A stretch of 64,000 nt of DNA from Anaeramoeba ignava BMAN (Eukaryota; Protista; Anaeramoebae), in contig JAPDFW010000091.1 of NCBI GenBank assembly GCA_028826165.1, forward strand, positions 186,001 to 250,000. Reading direction: 5' to 3'. The notes beneath the pieces are model-generated. The model did not search any database. It was not told the origin of the DNA and worked only from the letters and a program-made list of their open reading frames with translations. Positions 52,939-63,814 of this stretch are shown here, piece after piece; position 1 is the first letter of the stretch; each line of letters opens with the position of its first letter. Both the position numbers and the translations under genes were made by a program.

Positions 52939-55005
52939 ATGGGTCAAACAGAATCAACAAATAAACTAAACAGAGTTAAAGGTTATATTCCAGAAAAATA
53001 TCCAAGATTAATTGAAGAAAAAGATGGGAAAGTATCTTATTCAATCAAATACGAAGAAAATGGAGAAACAATGTATCGATCTCACATGGCAAAAGATGGA
53101 TTAATTGGGAATTGGAACAATTCAGTTCAAACTTTATATGAAAATTTAGAAGCAACAACAAAAACTTTCCCAGATCATCAACTATTTGGAACAAGAAAAT
53201 ATGATAAAAAAACACAAAAATATACTGATTATGAATGGAAAACTTTCAAGGAATTCAATGAGGAAAGAACTTATTTTGGAAGTGGATTAATCAATTATAA
53301 ATTGAAGAAAGATGACAGAATTGGAGTTTTTGCTAAAAATAGATATGAATGGGTTCTTGCTGAACATGCTGCTTATGCTTATTCTTTTCTTTTAGTTCCT
53401 TTATATCACACATTCGGTATTCCAAATACTCGCTATATCATCAATGATTCAGAAATCAAAACAATTATTACTGAAGCTAAATATCTTCCGAAACTCAGTC
53501 AAATTTCCAAAGACTGTCCAACATTGGAATCAATTATTCTTCTGAATGATCCTGAAAATGAACTGGAAGAAATTATGAAAGATAATAAAGATATTGAATC
53601 CTTAAAATCAGACAATATCAAGATTTTTCTTTTTGATGAAATTCTCGAATCGGGAAAGAAAAAACAGCATACGCATCAACCAAGCAAACCAGATGATCTT
53701 TGCTCATTGATTTACACAAGCGGAACAACTTCCCAACCCAAAGGTGTTTGCTACACACACAAAAACATGGTTGGAACTATCACAGGCTTTTATTACATGG
53801 GATACCCATTTTCAGACAACGAATCATATTACAGTTATCTTCCTTTGAGTCATGTATTCGAACGTTCTTTGATCAACTCAATGATTGCGCTTGGCTCTCG
53901 TGTTGGTTTTTTCAGTGGAGATAATACACGATTATTGGATGAACTTCAACTTGTTAAACCAACCATTTTCATTGGAGTTCCAAGAATATTTGCCAAAGTT
54001 TATGATAGTATCAAAGCAGGAATCAAGAAAAAAGGAATCTTTGCACAATATCTTTTCAACGTTGCATATGAAGCAAAGAAAAAAGCGATTGAGAATGGAG
54101 AATCATATGAATTATGGGATAAATTGGTTTTCAACAAAACAAAACAACTTCTTGGAGGAAAAATTGGAATACTCATTTCGGGAAGTGCTGCTCTATTGCC
54201 TTTGCACCAGGAATTCTTCAAGGTCATTATCGACCCGCATTTTGTTCAAGGCTGGGGACTAACAGAAACAGGGTCTGGAGGAACTGTTCAAATTTATGAA
54301 GATACTCGAAACATCGGATTGGTTGGTCCGCCTCTTTGTTGCAATGATATCAAGCTAGTGAGTGTTCCTGAACTCAATTACTCAGTCAATGATTTCCCCA
54401 ATCCAAGAGGTGAACTCGCAGTAAAAGGCCCAAATGTTTTCGAAGGTTATTACAATAAAAAAGAAGCAACAGATGAAGTTATGATTGATGGTTGGTTTCA
54501 TACTGGTGATATCGCAGAAGCTCTTCCAAACGGCTATTTCAAGATCGTCGACAGAAAAAAAAACATCTTCAAACTTTCTCAAGGCGAATATATTGCGCCT
54601 GATGTTCTTGAAGGCATTTATTCAAATTCTTCCTTTGTTATGCAAATTATGGTTTATGGAAATTCAAGTGAAAATTATTTGATTGGAGTTGTTGTTCCTG
54701 AAAAAGCTATTTTATTGAGCCATTTTAATGATGAAAGAAAAGAAAATGAAGATGATGATTCTTTTTTCTCCAGAATTTGTCAAGATCCTAAATTGAAAAA
54801 GTTGATTCTGGATGATATGGAAAGGCTTGGAAGAAGAGAAAACAGATTTGGATTTGAAATTGTTAGAAATTTTATTGTTGAACCAAATCCTTTTTCAGTT
54901 GAAAATGAAATGATGACAACAACAATGAAATTGAGAAGAAAAGCTATTGAGCAAAATTACAAAAAGCAACTTCAAGATTTATATTCACAAGGATTCGAAA
55001 ATTAA
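52939..55005 (+). CDS. Long-chain fatty acyl-CoA synthetase (ACSL/LACS type), probably N-myristoylated (MGQTES)
   Basis: YTSGTTSQPKG, YLPLSHVFER, QGWGLTE, GWFHTGD, DRKKNIFKLSQGEYIAP. Confidence 0.96.
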   Translation: MGQTESTNKLNRVKGYIPEKYPRLIEEKDGKVSYSIKYEENGETMYRSHMAKDGLIGNWNNSVQTLYENLEATTKTFPDHQLFGTRKYDKKTQKYTDYEWKTFKEFNEERTYFGSGLINYKLKKDDRIGVFAKNRYEWVLAEHAAYAYSFLLVPLYHTFGIPNTRYIINDSEIKTIITEAKYLPKLSQISKDCPTLESIILLNDPENELEEIMKDNKDIESLKSDNIKIFLFDEILESGKKKQHTHQPSKPDDLCSLIYTSGTTSQPKGVCYTHKNMVGTITGFYYMGYPFSDNESYYSYLPLSHVFERSLINSMIALGSRVGFFSGDNTRLLDELQLVKPTIFIGVPRIFAKVYDSIKAGIKKKGIFAQYLFNVAYEAKKKAIENGESYELWDKLVFNKTKQLLGGKIGILISGSAALLPLHQEFFKVIIDPHFVQGWGLTETGSGGTVQIYEDTRNIGLVGPPLCCNDIKLVSVPELNYSVNDFPNPRGELAVKGPNVFEGYYNKKEATDEVMIDGWFHTGDIAEALPNGYFKIVDRKKNIFKLSQGEYIAPDVLEGIYSNSSFVMQIMVYGNSSENYLIGVVVPEKAILLSHFNDERKENEDDDSFFSRICQDPKLKKLILDDMERLGRRENRFGFEIVRNFIVEPNPFSVENEMMTTTMKLRRKAIEQNYKKQLQDLYSQGFEN

Positions 55006-55186
55006 CTTGATTTTTTTTCTTTTTTTCTTTTTTTTCTTTTTTTATTCAAAAAAACCAAAAAAAATCAAAAAAAAAAAAATTTTTTTCAGATTTGTTTTGT
55101 TTTGTTTTGTTTTATTGAAGGGATTTTCCCAGGAAAATCCTTCCAGCCTAATGCTGGCATGAGAAAAAAAAAGTAAAAAAAGAAAA

Positions 55187-55354
55187 CAAATGGAAGATAT
55201 CTTTCATTTGCTGAGTAGGAAGTGGGAGTTTGCACCATCTTCATCTCCCACTGGTTGAACAGGTGCTCGTGTGTATATCCATCTTCATCTTGTGTCGTCC
55301 TGTTCAACGCTCAAGCTCTTCCTTAAACCATCATCAAAGATGATGGAGTTGACC
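55187..55354. ncRNA. Candidate structured non-coding element, copy 1 (class unknown)
   Basis: ~44% GC (hand count 74/168) in AT-rich intergenic DNA; four hairpins; exact duplicate 241 nt downstream. Confidence 0.6.
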
Positions 55355-55427
55355 GTTTTCCTTAAAGAAAAACGAGAAAAAGAAAAAAAAAAAAAAAAAA
55401 ATTTTTTTTTAAAAAAGAAAAAGAAAA

Positions 55428-55595
55428 CAAATGGAAGATATCTTTCATTTGCTGAGTAGGAAGTGGGAGTTTGCACCATCTTCATCTCCCACTGGTTGAA
55501 CAGGTGCTCGTGTGTATATCCATCTTCATCTTGTGTCGTCCTGTTCAACGCTCAAGCTCTTCCTTAAACCATCATCAAAGATGATGGAGTTGACC
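55428..55595. ncRNA. Candidate structured non-coding element, copy 2
   Basis: Identical to copy 1 by eye; followed by a T-rich tract. Confidence 0.6.
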
Positions 55596-55701
55596 ATTTT
55601 TCTTTTTTATTAATGTAAAAAAGAAAAAAGAAAAGAAAAAAATAAATTTTTTTCAGATTATTTTCAAATCATTTTCTTTTCTTTTCTTTTAAAAAATAAT
55701 T

Positions 55702-56568
55702 ATGGAATCAAAATCAGAACCAAAAATATCAATTTTAACTTTTAATATTTTAGCACCTTGTTATAAAGAAATTCAAGAAGGAAGAAGAACAGAAAGTGAA
55801 TTCCCAGAAATTTGGGAAGAAAGAATGAATAAAGTGATTAAATTTGCAACAGAATCAAAACCAGATATAATTTGTCTTCAAGAAGTTTGGTTTGAAGAAA
55901 AATGTTTATCAATTATTGAAAAAAACAGTAAAAAATACAAGATGCTTAAATTACAAAGAATACAAAACAAAATGGATGGAATTGCAATTTTAGTGAATTC
56001 AGAAACTTTAGTAATCAAGAAATCATGGGAATTGGAATTTGTTGGTGCAGGAAATAGAGTTGCTCTTGGTTGCCTTGTTTCCTTAAAAGAAAATGAAAAA
56101 ATCCAATTTATTGTTGTTACAACTCATTTAGCTTTTCCTCATGATGAGAATTATTCCAAATTGAGACTTGAACAAATCAAAAAAACAATTAATTGGATGG
56201 AAAAACTTGATTCAAAAGAAATTCCATTGATTTTAACTGGAGATTTTAATGGATTTGAAGATAATGTTTTTGAATATGTTTTTTCACAAAATTTTCTTTG
56301 TTCTTTTAAAGAAGTTAATAATAGATTTCAAACTGTTACTCATTTTAATCATTTATCTCAAGAATTACCTGTTGATTTTATATTTTATCGAAATTATTCA
56401 GAATTAAAAGAAAAAGAATCAAAAGAAAATCAAAAAATTAAATTAATCCCAATTAAATCTAATGTTCTTCCAGAAAATATTAATGATGATAAATTTCCAA
56501 CTCAAAAAGATTATCAACTTTCAGATCATCGACCAATTAAATCATTTTTTAAATTTGATTTTTTTTAA
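55702..56568 (+). CDS. Endonuclease/exonuclease/phosphatase (EEP) protein, CCR4/nocturnin/angel-like
   Basis: TFNILAP, DIICLQEV, DG, TTHL, TGDFN, VDFIFY, SDHRP catalytic motifs. Confidence 0.92.
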   Translation: MESKSEPKISILTFNILAPCYKEIQEGRRTESEFPEIWEERMNKVIKFATESKPDIICLQEVWFEEKCLSIIEKNSKKYKMLKLQRIQNKMDGIAILVNSETLVIKKSWELEFVGAGNRVALGCLVSLKENEKIQFIVVTTHLAFPHDENYSKLRLEQIKKTINWMEKLDSKEIPLILTGDFNGFEDNVFEYVFSQNFLCSFKEVNNRFQTVTHFNHLSQELPVDFIFYRNYSELKEKESKENQKIKLIPIKSNVLPENINDDKFPTQKDYQLSDHRPIKSFFKFDFF

Positions 56569-56957
56569 AAACAAAAACAAATAAAAACAAAAACAAAAAC
56601 AAAAACAAAAACAAAAACAAAAACAAAAACAAAAACAGAAATAAAAAGGAAATTCTTTTAATTTTCATTTTTTGATTTTGAATTTGATTTTGGTTTTGAT
56701 TTTGAATTTGAATTTGGTTTTGAATTTGATTTTGAATTTGAATTTGATTTTGAATTTAATTTTAAATTTGATTTTGAATTTGATTTTGGTTTTGATTTTG
56801 AATTTGAATTTGATTTTGAATTTGATTTTGAATTTGAATTTGATTTTAAATTTGATTTTGAATTTGATTTTTTTTTTAAATTTGATTTTTGAATTTGAAT
56901 TTGAAGTTTTGATTTTGAATTTGAATTTTAAATTTGAATTTGAATTTTGAATTTTTT

Positions 56958-59317
56958 TTAAATTTGATTTTGGTTTTTGATTTGATTTTGTTTTTTTGAT
57001 TTTGATTTTGATTTTGATTTTTGAATTTTGAATTTTGATTTTGGTTTTGGTTTTGGTTTTGAATTTGAATTTGAATTTGAATTTGGTTTTGGTTTTGATT
57101 TTGAATTTGAATTTGAATTTGGTTTTGAATTTGGTTTTGAATTTGAATTTGAATTTGAATTTGGTTTTGGTTTTGGTTTTGAATTTGAATTTGAATTTGA
57201 ATTTGAATTTGGTTTTGGTTTTGAATTTGAATTTGAATTTGGTTTTGGTTTTGATTTTGATATTGGTTTTGAATTTGATTTTGAATTTGAATTTGATTTT
57301 GAATTTGGTTTTGAATTTGAATTTGATTTTGATTTTGGTTTTGGTTTTGAATTTGAATTTGAATTTGATTTTGATTTTGATTTTGATTTTGATTTTGATT
57401 TTGATTTTGATTTTTGATTATTAAATTTGTTAATTAATAAATCCAATAAATTTGGATGTGTTTGATTTAATTGAAAATAATCAATTATTTTTTTTAATTT
57501 CTCGAATCATCCTTTGTGTAATTTGAATTTCATCTTTGATTTGATTTGAATAAATCCAATATTCAAATATTTGAAATGATTTATCACTTAATTCATTTTT
57601 ATCTGTAACTTTATTAGATTTATCATTTTTTATAGATAAAAACATTCTTCGATATAATTCACTTCTCATTATTAATATTAATTTAGGAAATTTATATTGT
57701 TTTTCTTTTCTTTCAATTATAAAATCTTTTTCATTTTCATTTTCATTTCCATAAATTCTTTTCATTATTTCTTCTATTGGAAAAAATAAATTAAATTCCT
57801 GTTCAATTTCAGAATATAATTTTGGATTTATTATTCTGTTTGAATAAATCATTTCAAATATTTGATTTGATTCTTTAATTGATTTTTTTGAAATAATTTC
57901 TCTAAGTTTTTCAATTTGATCCTCTTGTCCAATTATTGTTTGTAAAATTAATTTATGAGCTGAGATTATTTCTCCATTTTTTGTTTTAAATGAAATATCA
58001 CAAAATTCTTTTCTTCTAAATAGTTTTATCAAATCTTCTTCAAGATTAGAAAAAGGAGAAAGAAAAGGAGAATAATAAAGAAATGAATTATTATATCCAG
58101 AAGAAACATGATAATTAGAAATATCTTGATTAAATCTTAATTTAGGAAGTTTAATTTGAATTGGAATTAATTGATTGTTTATATCTCCAGTTCCTAATTC
58201 GCCAGATGAATTATAACCAAATCCTATTAATTTTTCATTTGAAGTTAAAATCAAAGTGTGTGCGTATCCAACAGAAAAATCAAGAATATTATCATCATTT
58301 TCAAATAAAGTTGATTTGATTTCAGTAAATTCGTAATTATTCTCAGTTTTCCCAATGCCTTTATGTTTGTAATTTCCACATGAATAAAGTTTTTTTTTTG
58401 GATTTTGATTTTCATTTTCATTTTCAATCAACATTATTGAATGATCGATTCCACATTGAATATCAATTATTTTGCCTTTTGGAATATTTTGGATTTTGGT
58501 TAATTTTTGGATTGTTTCTTCTTTTCTTGATTCTCCTAATCCAAGCTGGCCATTACCATTATCACCACATCCAAATAATTCTTGATTTGAATTTAAAAGA
58601 AAAACATGATCTGAAGAATTTCCTGAAAATATTTTAGAAACATTTTTCATCATTAAAATTGGTTTTTCTGTTTTTGGAAGTGTTTTAGAATCAAAACTAA
58701 GTTGATCATATCGATTTGAACCAATTCCATAAGCATTTTGATTTGAAGTTAATAAGTAAATTGAATTAGATCCAGAAACAATATCTTGAATTATTCTATC
58801 ATTTGTATCTTCAATTAATGATGAAATATTGATCAATTCATTTGGATTTTCTGGATTAATATCTTCTCCTTTGGCAAATACATTTCTTTCTTTTGTTAAA
58901 ATAGCTTCACTTCTCCAACCAACAGTTACTTTTTGAATATTTTCAATTTGGATTTTTTCAGGATTTTGTTTTGAATCTTTTAAGTATTCTATTGCTTTTC
59001 CATTTTTAAAAAGGAAAATTGTTCCAAAATTTCCTGATGAAATTTGTTTAATTTGTTTTTCATTTTCATTTTCATTTTCATTTTCATTTTCATTTTCATT
59101 TTCATTTTCATTTTCATTTTCATTTTCATTTTCTATTTTTATTTTCATTTTCATTTTCATTTTCATTTTCATTTTCATTTTCATTTTCATTTTCATTTTC
59201 ATTTTCATTTTCATTTTCATTTTCAAATTTAAATTGAATTGGTTTTGCTATTGAATCTGGTTTATTTTTGATAAGTTTTGGCTTTTCATTTTTACCAAAA
59301 AATAAAATTTCATTCAT
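56958..59317 (-). CDS. RCC1-BTB-BTB paralogue with apparent frameshifts (~59135 and ~57490) and a long low-complexity tail
   Basis: MNEILFFG start at 59317 matches the 16279 paralogue; frame breaks in the (GAAAAT)n tract and an A8 run; the DLLINKFNNQ ending continues into ORF 56958-57446. Error versus pseudogene is unresolved. Confidence 0.75.
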
Positions 59318-59537
59318 TTTTAAAAAGAAAAAAATGAAAAATGATTTTTGGATTTTTTAATTTTAATTTTGATTTTAATTTTAATTTTAATTTTAATTTT
59401 AATTTTAATTTTAATTTTAATTTTAATTTTAATTTTAATTTTAATTTTAATTTTAATTTTGATTTTAATTTTAATTTTAATTTTTAATTTTAATTTTAAT
59501 TTTAATTTTAATTTTAATTTTGATTTTAATTTTAATT

Positions 59538-61373
59538 TTAATTTTGATTTTGATTATTAAATTTGTTAATTAATAAATCAATTAAATTTGGATTTGTTTG
59601 ATTTAATTGAAAATAATCAACTCCAGTTTCAATTTCATCAATTATTTCTTTTGTAATTTGAATTCCATCTTTAATTTGATTTGAATAAATCCAATATTCA
59701 AATATTTGAAATGATTTATTACTTAATTCACTATAATCTGTAACTTTATTAGATTTATCTTCAGTTACAGATAAAAACATTCCTCGATATAATTCACTTC
59801 TCATTATTAATATTAATTTAGGAAATTTATATTGTTTTTCTTTTCTTTCAATTATAAAATCTTTTTCATTTTCATTTTCATAAATTATTTTCATTGTTTC
59901 TTCAATTTTTTCATTTAAATTTATAATTTCTTTAATTTCAGAATATAATTCTGGATTTATTATTCTGTTTGAATAAATCATTTCAAATATTTGATTAGAT
60001 TCTTTAATTGATTTTTTTGAAATAATTTCTTTAAGTTTTTCAATTTGATTTTGATTTTGATTTAATCTATATTTCAATATTAATTTATGAGCTTCAATTA
60101 CTTCTCCATTTTTGGTTTTAAATGAAATATCACAAAATTCTTTTCTTTCAAATAATTTTATCAAATCTTCTTCAAGATTAGAAAAAGGAGGAGGAGAATA
60201 ATAAAGAAATGAGTTATCAAATCCACAAGAAATATGATAATTAGAAATATCTTCATTAAATCTTAATTTAGGAAGTTCAATTTGAATTGGAATTGATTGA
60301 TTTTGTGTATTTCCAGTTCCTAATTGACCGAAATAATTCCATCCAAATGCTATCACTTTTTCATTTGAAGTTAAAATCAAAGTATGAGAATAACCAACAG
60401 AAAAATCAAGAATATTATCATTTTCAAATAAAGATGATTTGATTTCAGTAAATTCATCAGTATGTTCATCTTTGCCAAGTCCATTAGATTGATAGTTTCC
60501 ACATGAATAAAGTTTTCTTTTTGGATTTTGATTTTGATTTTGATTTTGATTTTGACTTTCTTCATCTTCAATCAACATTATTGAATGCCAATATCCACAT
60601 TGAATATCAATTATTTTGCCTTTTGGAATATTTTGGATTTGGGTTAATTTTTGGATTTTTCTTTCTTTTCTTGATTCTCCTAATCCAATCTTACCATGAT
60701 AATTAGAACCACATCCAAATAATTCTTGATTTGAATTTAAAAGAAAAACATGATTTGAAGTATTTCCTGAAAATATTTTAGAAACATTTTTCATCATTAA
60801 AATTGGTTTTTTTGTTGTTTTCATTGTTTTAGAATCAACACCAAGTTGACCATAATAATTAGAACCAATTCCGTAAACATTATGATTTGAAGTTAATAAG
60901 TAAATTGAGCGATCACCAGTAACAATATCTTGAATTATTCTATCATTCGTATCTTCAATTAATGATGAAATATTGATAAATTGATTTGGATTATCTGGAT
61001 TGATATTTTCTCCTTTGGCAAATACATTTCCTTCTGAAGTTAAAATAGCTTCATTTCCAATACAAGCAATCGCTTTTTGAATATTTTCTTCAATTTGGAT
61101 TTTTTGAGGATTTTGATTTGAATTTTTTAAATATTCTATTGCTTTTCCATTTTCAAAAAGGAAAATTGTTGAGAAATCTGCTGTTAAAATTTGTTTAATT
61201 TGTTTTTCATTTCCATTTTCATTTTCATTTTCAAATTTAAATTGAATTGGTTTTGTTATTTTATCTAATTCATTTTTTATCAGTTTTGGTGATTGATTTT
61301 TACCAAAAAATAAACAATCATTCGTTTTTTGATTAGATTTTGAATTTGATTTTGAATTTAATTTTGAATTCAT
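59538..61373 (-). CDS. RCC1-BTB-BTB protein
   Basis: Intact 611-aa ORF, near-identical framework to 16279-18033. Confidence 0.9.
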   Translation of the reverse strand: MNSKLNSKSNSKSNQKTNDCLFFGKNQSPKLIKNELDKITKPIQFKFENENENGNEKQIKQILTADFSTIFLFENGKAIEYLKNSNQNPQKIQIEENIQKAIACIGNEAILTSEGNVFAKGENINPDNPNQFINISSLIEDTNDRIIQDIVTGDRSIYLLTSNHNVYGIGSNYYGQLGVDSKTMKTTKKPILMMKNVSKIFSGNTSNHVFLLNSNQELFGCGSNYHGKIGLGESRKERKIQKLTQIQNIPKGKIIDIQCGYWHSIMLIEDEESQNQNQNQNQNPKRKLYSCGNYQSNGLGKDEHTDEFTEIKSSLFENDNILDFSVGYSHTLILTSNEKVIAFGWNYFGQLGTGNTQNQSIPIQIELPKLRFNEDISNYHISCGFDNSFLYYSPPPFSNLEEDLIKLFERKEFCDISFKTKNGEVIEAHKLILKYRLNQNQNQIEKLKEIISKKSIKESNQIFEMIYSNRIINPELYSEIKEIINLNEKIEETMKIIYENENEKDFIIERKEKQYKFPKLILIMRSELYRGMFLSVTEDKSNKVTDYSELSNKSFQIFEYWIYSNQIKDGIQITKEIIDEIETGVDYFQLNQTNPNLIDLLINKFNNQNQN

Positions 61374-61490
61374 TGAGTTATTTTTGTTTTTTCAATTTAA
61401 AGAAAAAAATGAAAAAAATATTTTTTTTTCCAAATCATTTTTTCATTTTCTTTTCTTTTCTTTTCTTTTAAAAAATAAATTAATAATTAA

Positions 61491-62447
61491 ATGGAATCAA
61501 AACCAGAACCAAAAATATCAATTTTAACTTTTAATATTTTAGCACCTTGTTATAAAGAAATTCAAGAAGGAAGAAGAACAGAAAGTGAATTCCCAAAAAT
61601 TTGGAAAGAAAGAATGAATAAAGTGATTAAATTTGCAACAGAATCAAAACCAGATATAATTTGTCTTCAAGAAGTTTGGTTTGAAGAAAAATGTTTATCA
61701 ATTATTGAAAAAAACAGTAAAAAATACAAGATGCTTAAATTCAAAAGAACATATAAAAAACAAGATGGAATTATGATTTTAGTGAATTCGGAAACTTTAG
61801 TAATCAAGAAATCATGGGAATTACCGTTCAATGATGCAGGAAATAGAGTTGCTCTTGGTTGCCTTGTTTCCTTAAAAGAAAATGAAAAAATCCAATTTAT
61901 TGTTGTTACAACTCATTTAACTTTTCCTCATCATGAATTCGATGTTAAAATGAGACTTGAACAAATCAAAAAAACAATTAATTGGATGGAAAAACTTGAT
62001 TCAAAAGAAATTCCATTGATTTTAACTGGAGATTTTAATGGATTTGAAGATAATGTTTTTGAATATGTTTTTTCACAAAATTTTCTTTGTTCTTTTAAAG
62101 AAGTTAATAATAGATTTCAAATTGTTACTCATTTTAATCATTTATCTCAAGAATTACCTGTTGATTTTATATTTTATCGAAATTATTCAGAATTAAAAGA
62201 AAAAGAATTAAAAGAAAATGAATTAAAAGAAAATGAATTAAAAGAAAAAGAATTAAAAGAAAATGAATTAAAAGAAAATGAATCAAAAGAAAAAGAATCA
62301 AAAGAAAATCAAAAAATTAAATTAATTCCAATTAAATCTAATGTTCTTCCAGAAAATATTAATGATAATAAATTTCCAACTCAAAAAGATTATCAACTTT
62401 CAGATCATCGACCAATTAAATCATTTTTTAAATTTGATTTTTTTTAA
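61491..62447 (+). CDS. EEP family protein, recent paralogue of 55702-56568 with an ELKEN/ELKEK repeat expansion
   Basis: Same catalytic motifs; near-identical DNA. Confidence 0.92.
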   Translation: MESKPEPKISILTFNILAPCYKEIQEGRRTESEFPKIWKERMNKVIKFATESKPDIICLQEVWFEEKCLSIIEKNSKKYKMLKFKRTYKKQDGIMILVNSETLVIKKSWELPFNDAGNRVALGCLVSLKENEKIQFIVVTTHLTFPHHEFDVKMRLEQIKKTINWMEKLDSKEIPLILTGDFNGFEDNVFEYVFSQNFLCSFKEVNNRFQIVTHFNHLSQELPVDFIFYRNYSELKEKELKENELKENELKEKELKENELKENESKEKESKENQKIKLIPIKSNVLPENINDNKFPTQKDYQLSDHRPIKSFFKFDFF

Positions 62448-62583
62448 AAACAAAAACAAAAACAAAATAATTTAGATTTAAATTAGATTCGTTAAAAAAT
62501 TTTTTTAATTAAATTTTTAAAAAATAAAAATAAAAAAATCATTTTTTTTCTTTTAATTTTAATTTTTATTCAATTTTATTTCA

Positions 62584-63814
62584 ATGATAATTCTCGTAAC
62601 TTCAATTCCAAATCCAAATAAAGAAGCATTAACTTCAGTTGATATTGATCCACAAGGTGAATTTCTTGCAGTTTCTGGACCTGTTGATTTTGTGTTAATT
62701 CTTCGCTTTAAATTTATTCGAAGAATTTTCAGAGAACAAAGAAGAAAAGACAGAGAAATTCAAGCTAAAAAAAAAACAAAAAGAAGATCTGTTAAAAGGA
62801 ATCCAAAAAATACAAATCCAATGCAATTTCAAATTGAAAATAATACTAATCAACAATCTAATAAAGAAAATGAAAATGTTCCAAAAAATAATGAACAAAA
62901 TCAATCAAATCAAGAAAACCAAAAATCAAACAAGAAAACCAAAAATCAAATCAAGAAGAAAACCAAAAATCAAATCAAGAAGAAAATCAAAAATCAAATC
63001 AAGAAGAAAATCAAAAATCAAATCAAGAAGAAAATCAAGAAGAAAATCAAAAATCAAATCAAGAAGAAAATCAAAAATCAAATCAAGAAAATGTTCAAAT
63101 AATTATTGATTCAACTAAAATGATAACTGAAGAAATTAAACAAGAAAACCAAAATATTCAAGAAATTAAACAAGAAAACCAAAAACCAAATCAAGAAAAT
63201 GTCCAGGAAAATGTTCAAATAATTATTGATTCAACTAAAATGATAACTGAAGAAATTAAACAAGAAAATCAAAATATTCAAGAAATTAAACAAGAAAACC
63301 AAAAACCAAATCAAGAAAATGTCCAGGAAAATCAAATGATAACTGAAACAAATAATCAATTAAACATTGAAAAAGAAATCAATCCAAATCAAGTAAATTT
63401 TCCAATTCAAAATCAAAATTAAAATTAAAATTAAAATTAAAATTAAAATTAAAATTAAAATTAAAATTAAAATTAAAATTAAAATTAAAATTAAAATTAA
63501 AATTAAAATTAAAATTAAAATTAAAATTAAAATCAAAAATAAAAATCAGATGAATATTGAACAAAAACCAAATACTGAAAAGAGCAAAAATACACCACAA
63601 GAAGAAATGGTTTCACAAAGAAGAAAATTACTTAAAAAAGGAATATATTTAATGTCAAAAAACAAAGCAATAGTATATGGAATACGTTTTTCACCTCAAA
63701 CAGGAAAATATCTTGCAACTTGTGCAGAAAATGGAGAAGTTGTGATTTATCATGTTAAAAGAGAAGTCGATATTGATCAATGGCCAACATTTATTATTCT
63801 TCATGGAAAACAAG
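62584..63814 (+). CDS. 5' part of a WD40 protein (possibly HIRA/CAF1B-like) with a repetitive insert; continues past the window
   Basis: LTSVDIDPQGEFLAVSG and VYGIRFSPQTGKYLATCAENGEVVIYH blades; apparent indel at ~62930; intron 63393-63549; donor at 63815; internal 120-bp tandem duplication ~63090-63330. Confidence 0.6.

Noticed and set aside
55086-55548. Duplicated minus-strand ORFs MNRTTQDEDG...
   Set aside because: TTG starts, run-out into poly-T, and no recognisable domain; the stems are better explained by nucleic-acid structure
55187-55595. Assignment as U12/U11 snRNA, U3 or C/D snoRNA, hammerhead ribozyme or bridge RNA
   Set aside because: Only short partial matches (CCTTAAAC without the branch-pairing GTAAGGA; C and D boxes on opposite strands; no CUGANGA core); no recombinase or transposase nearby
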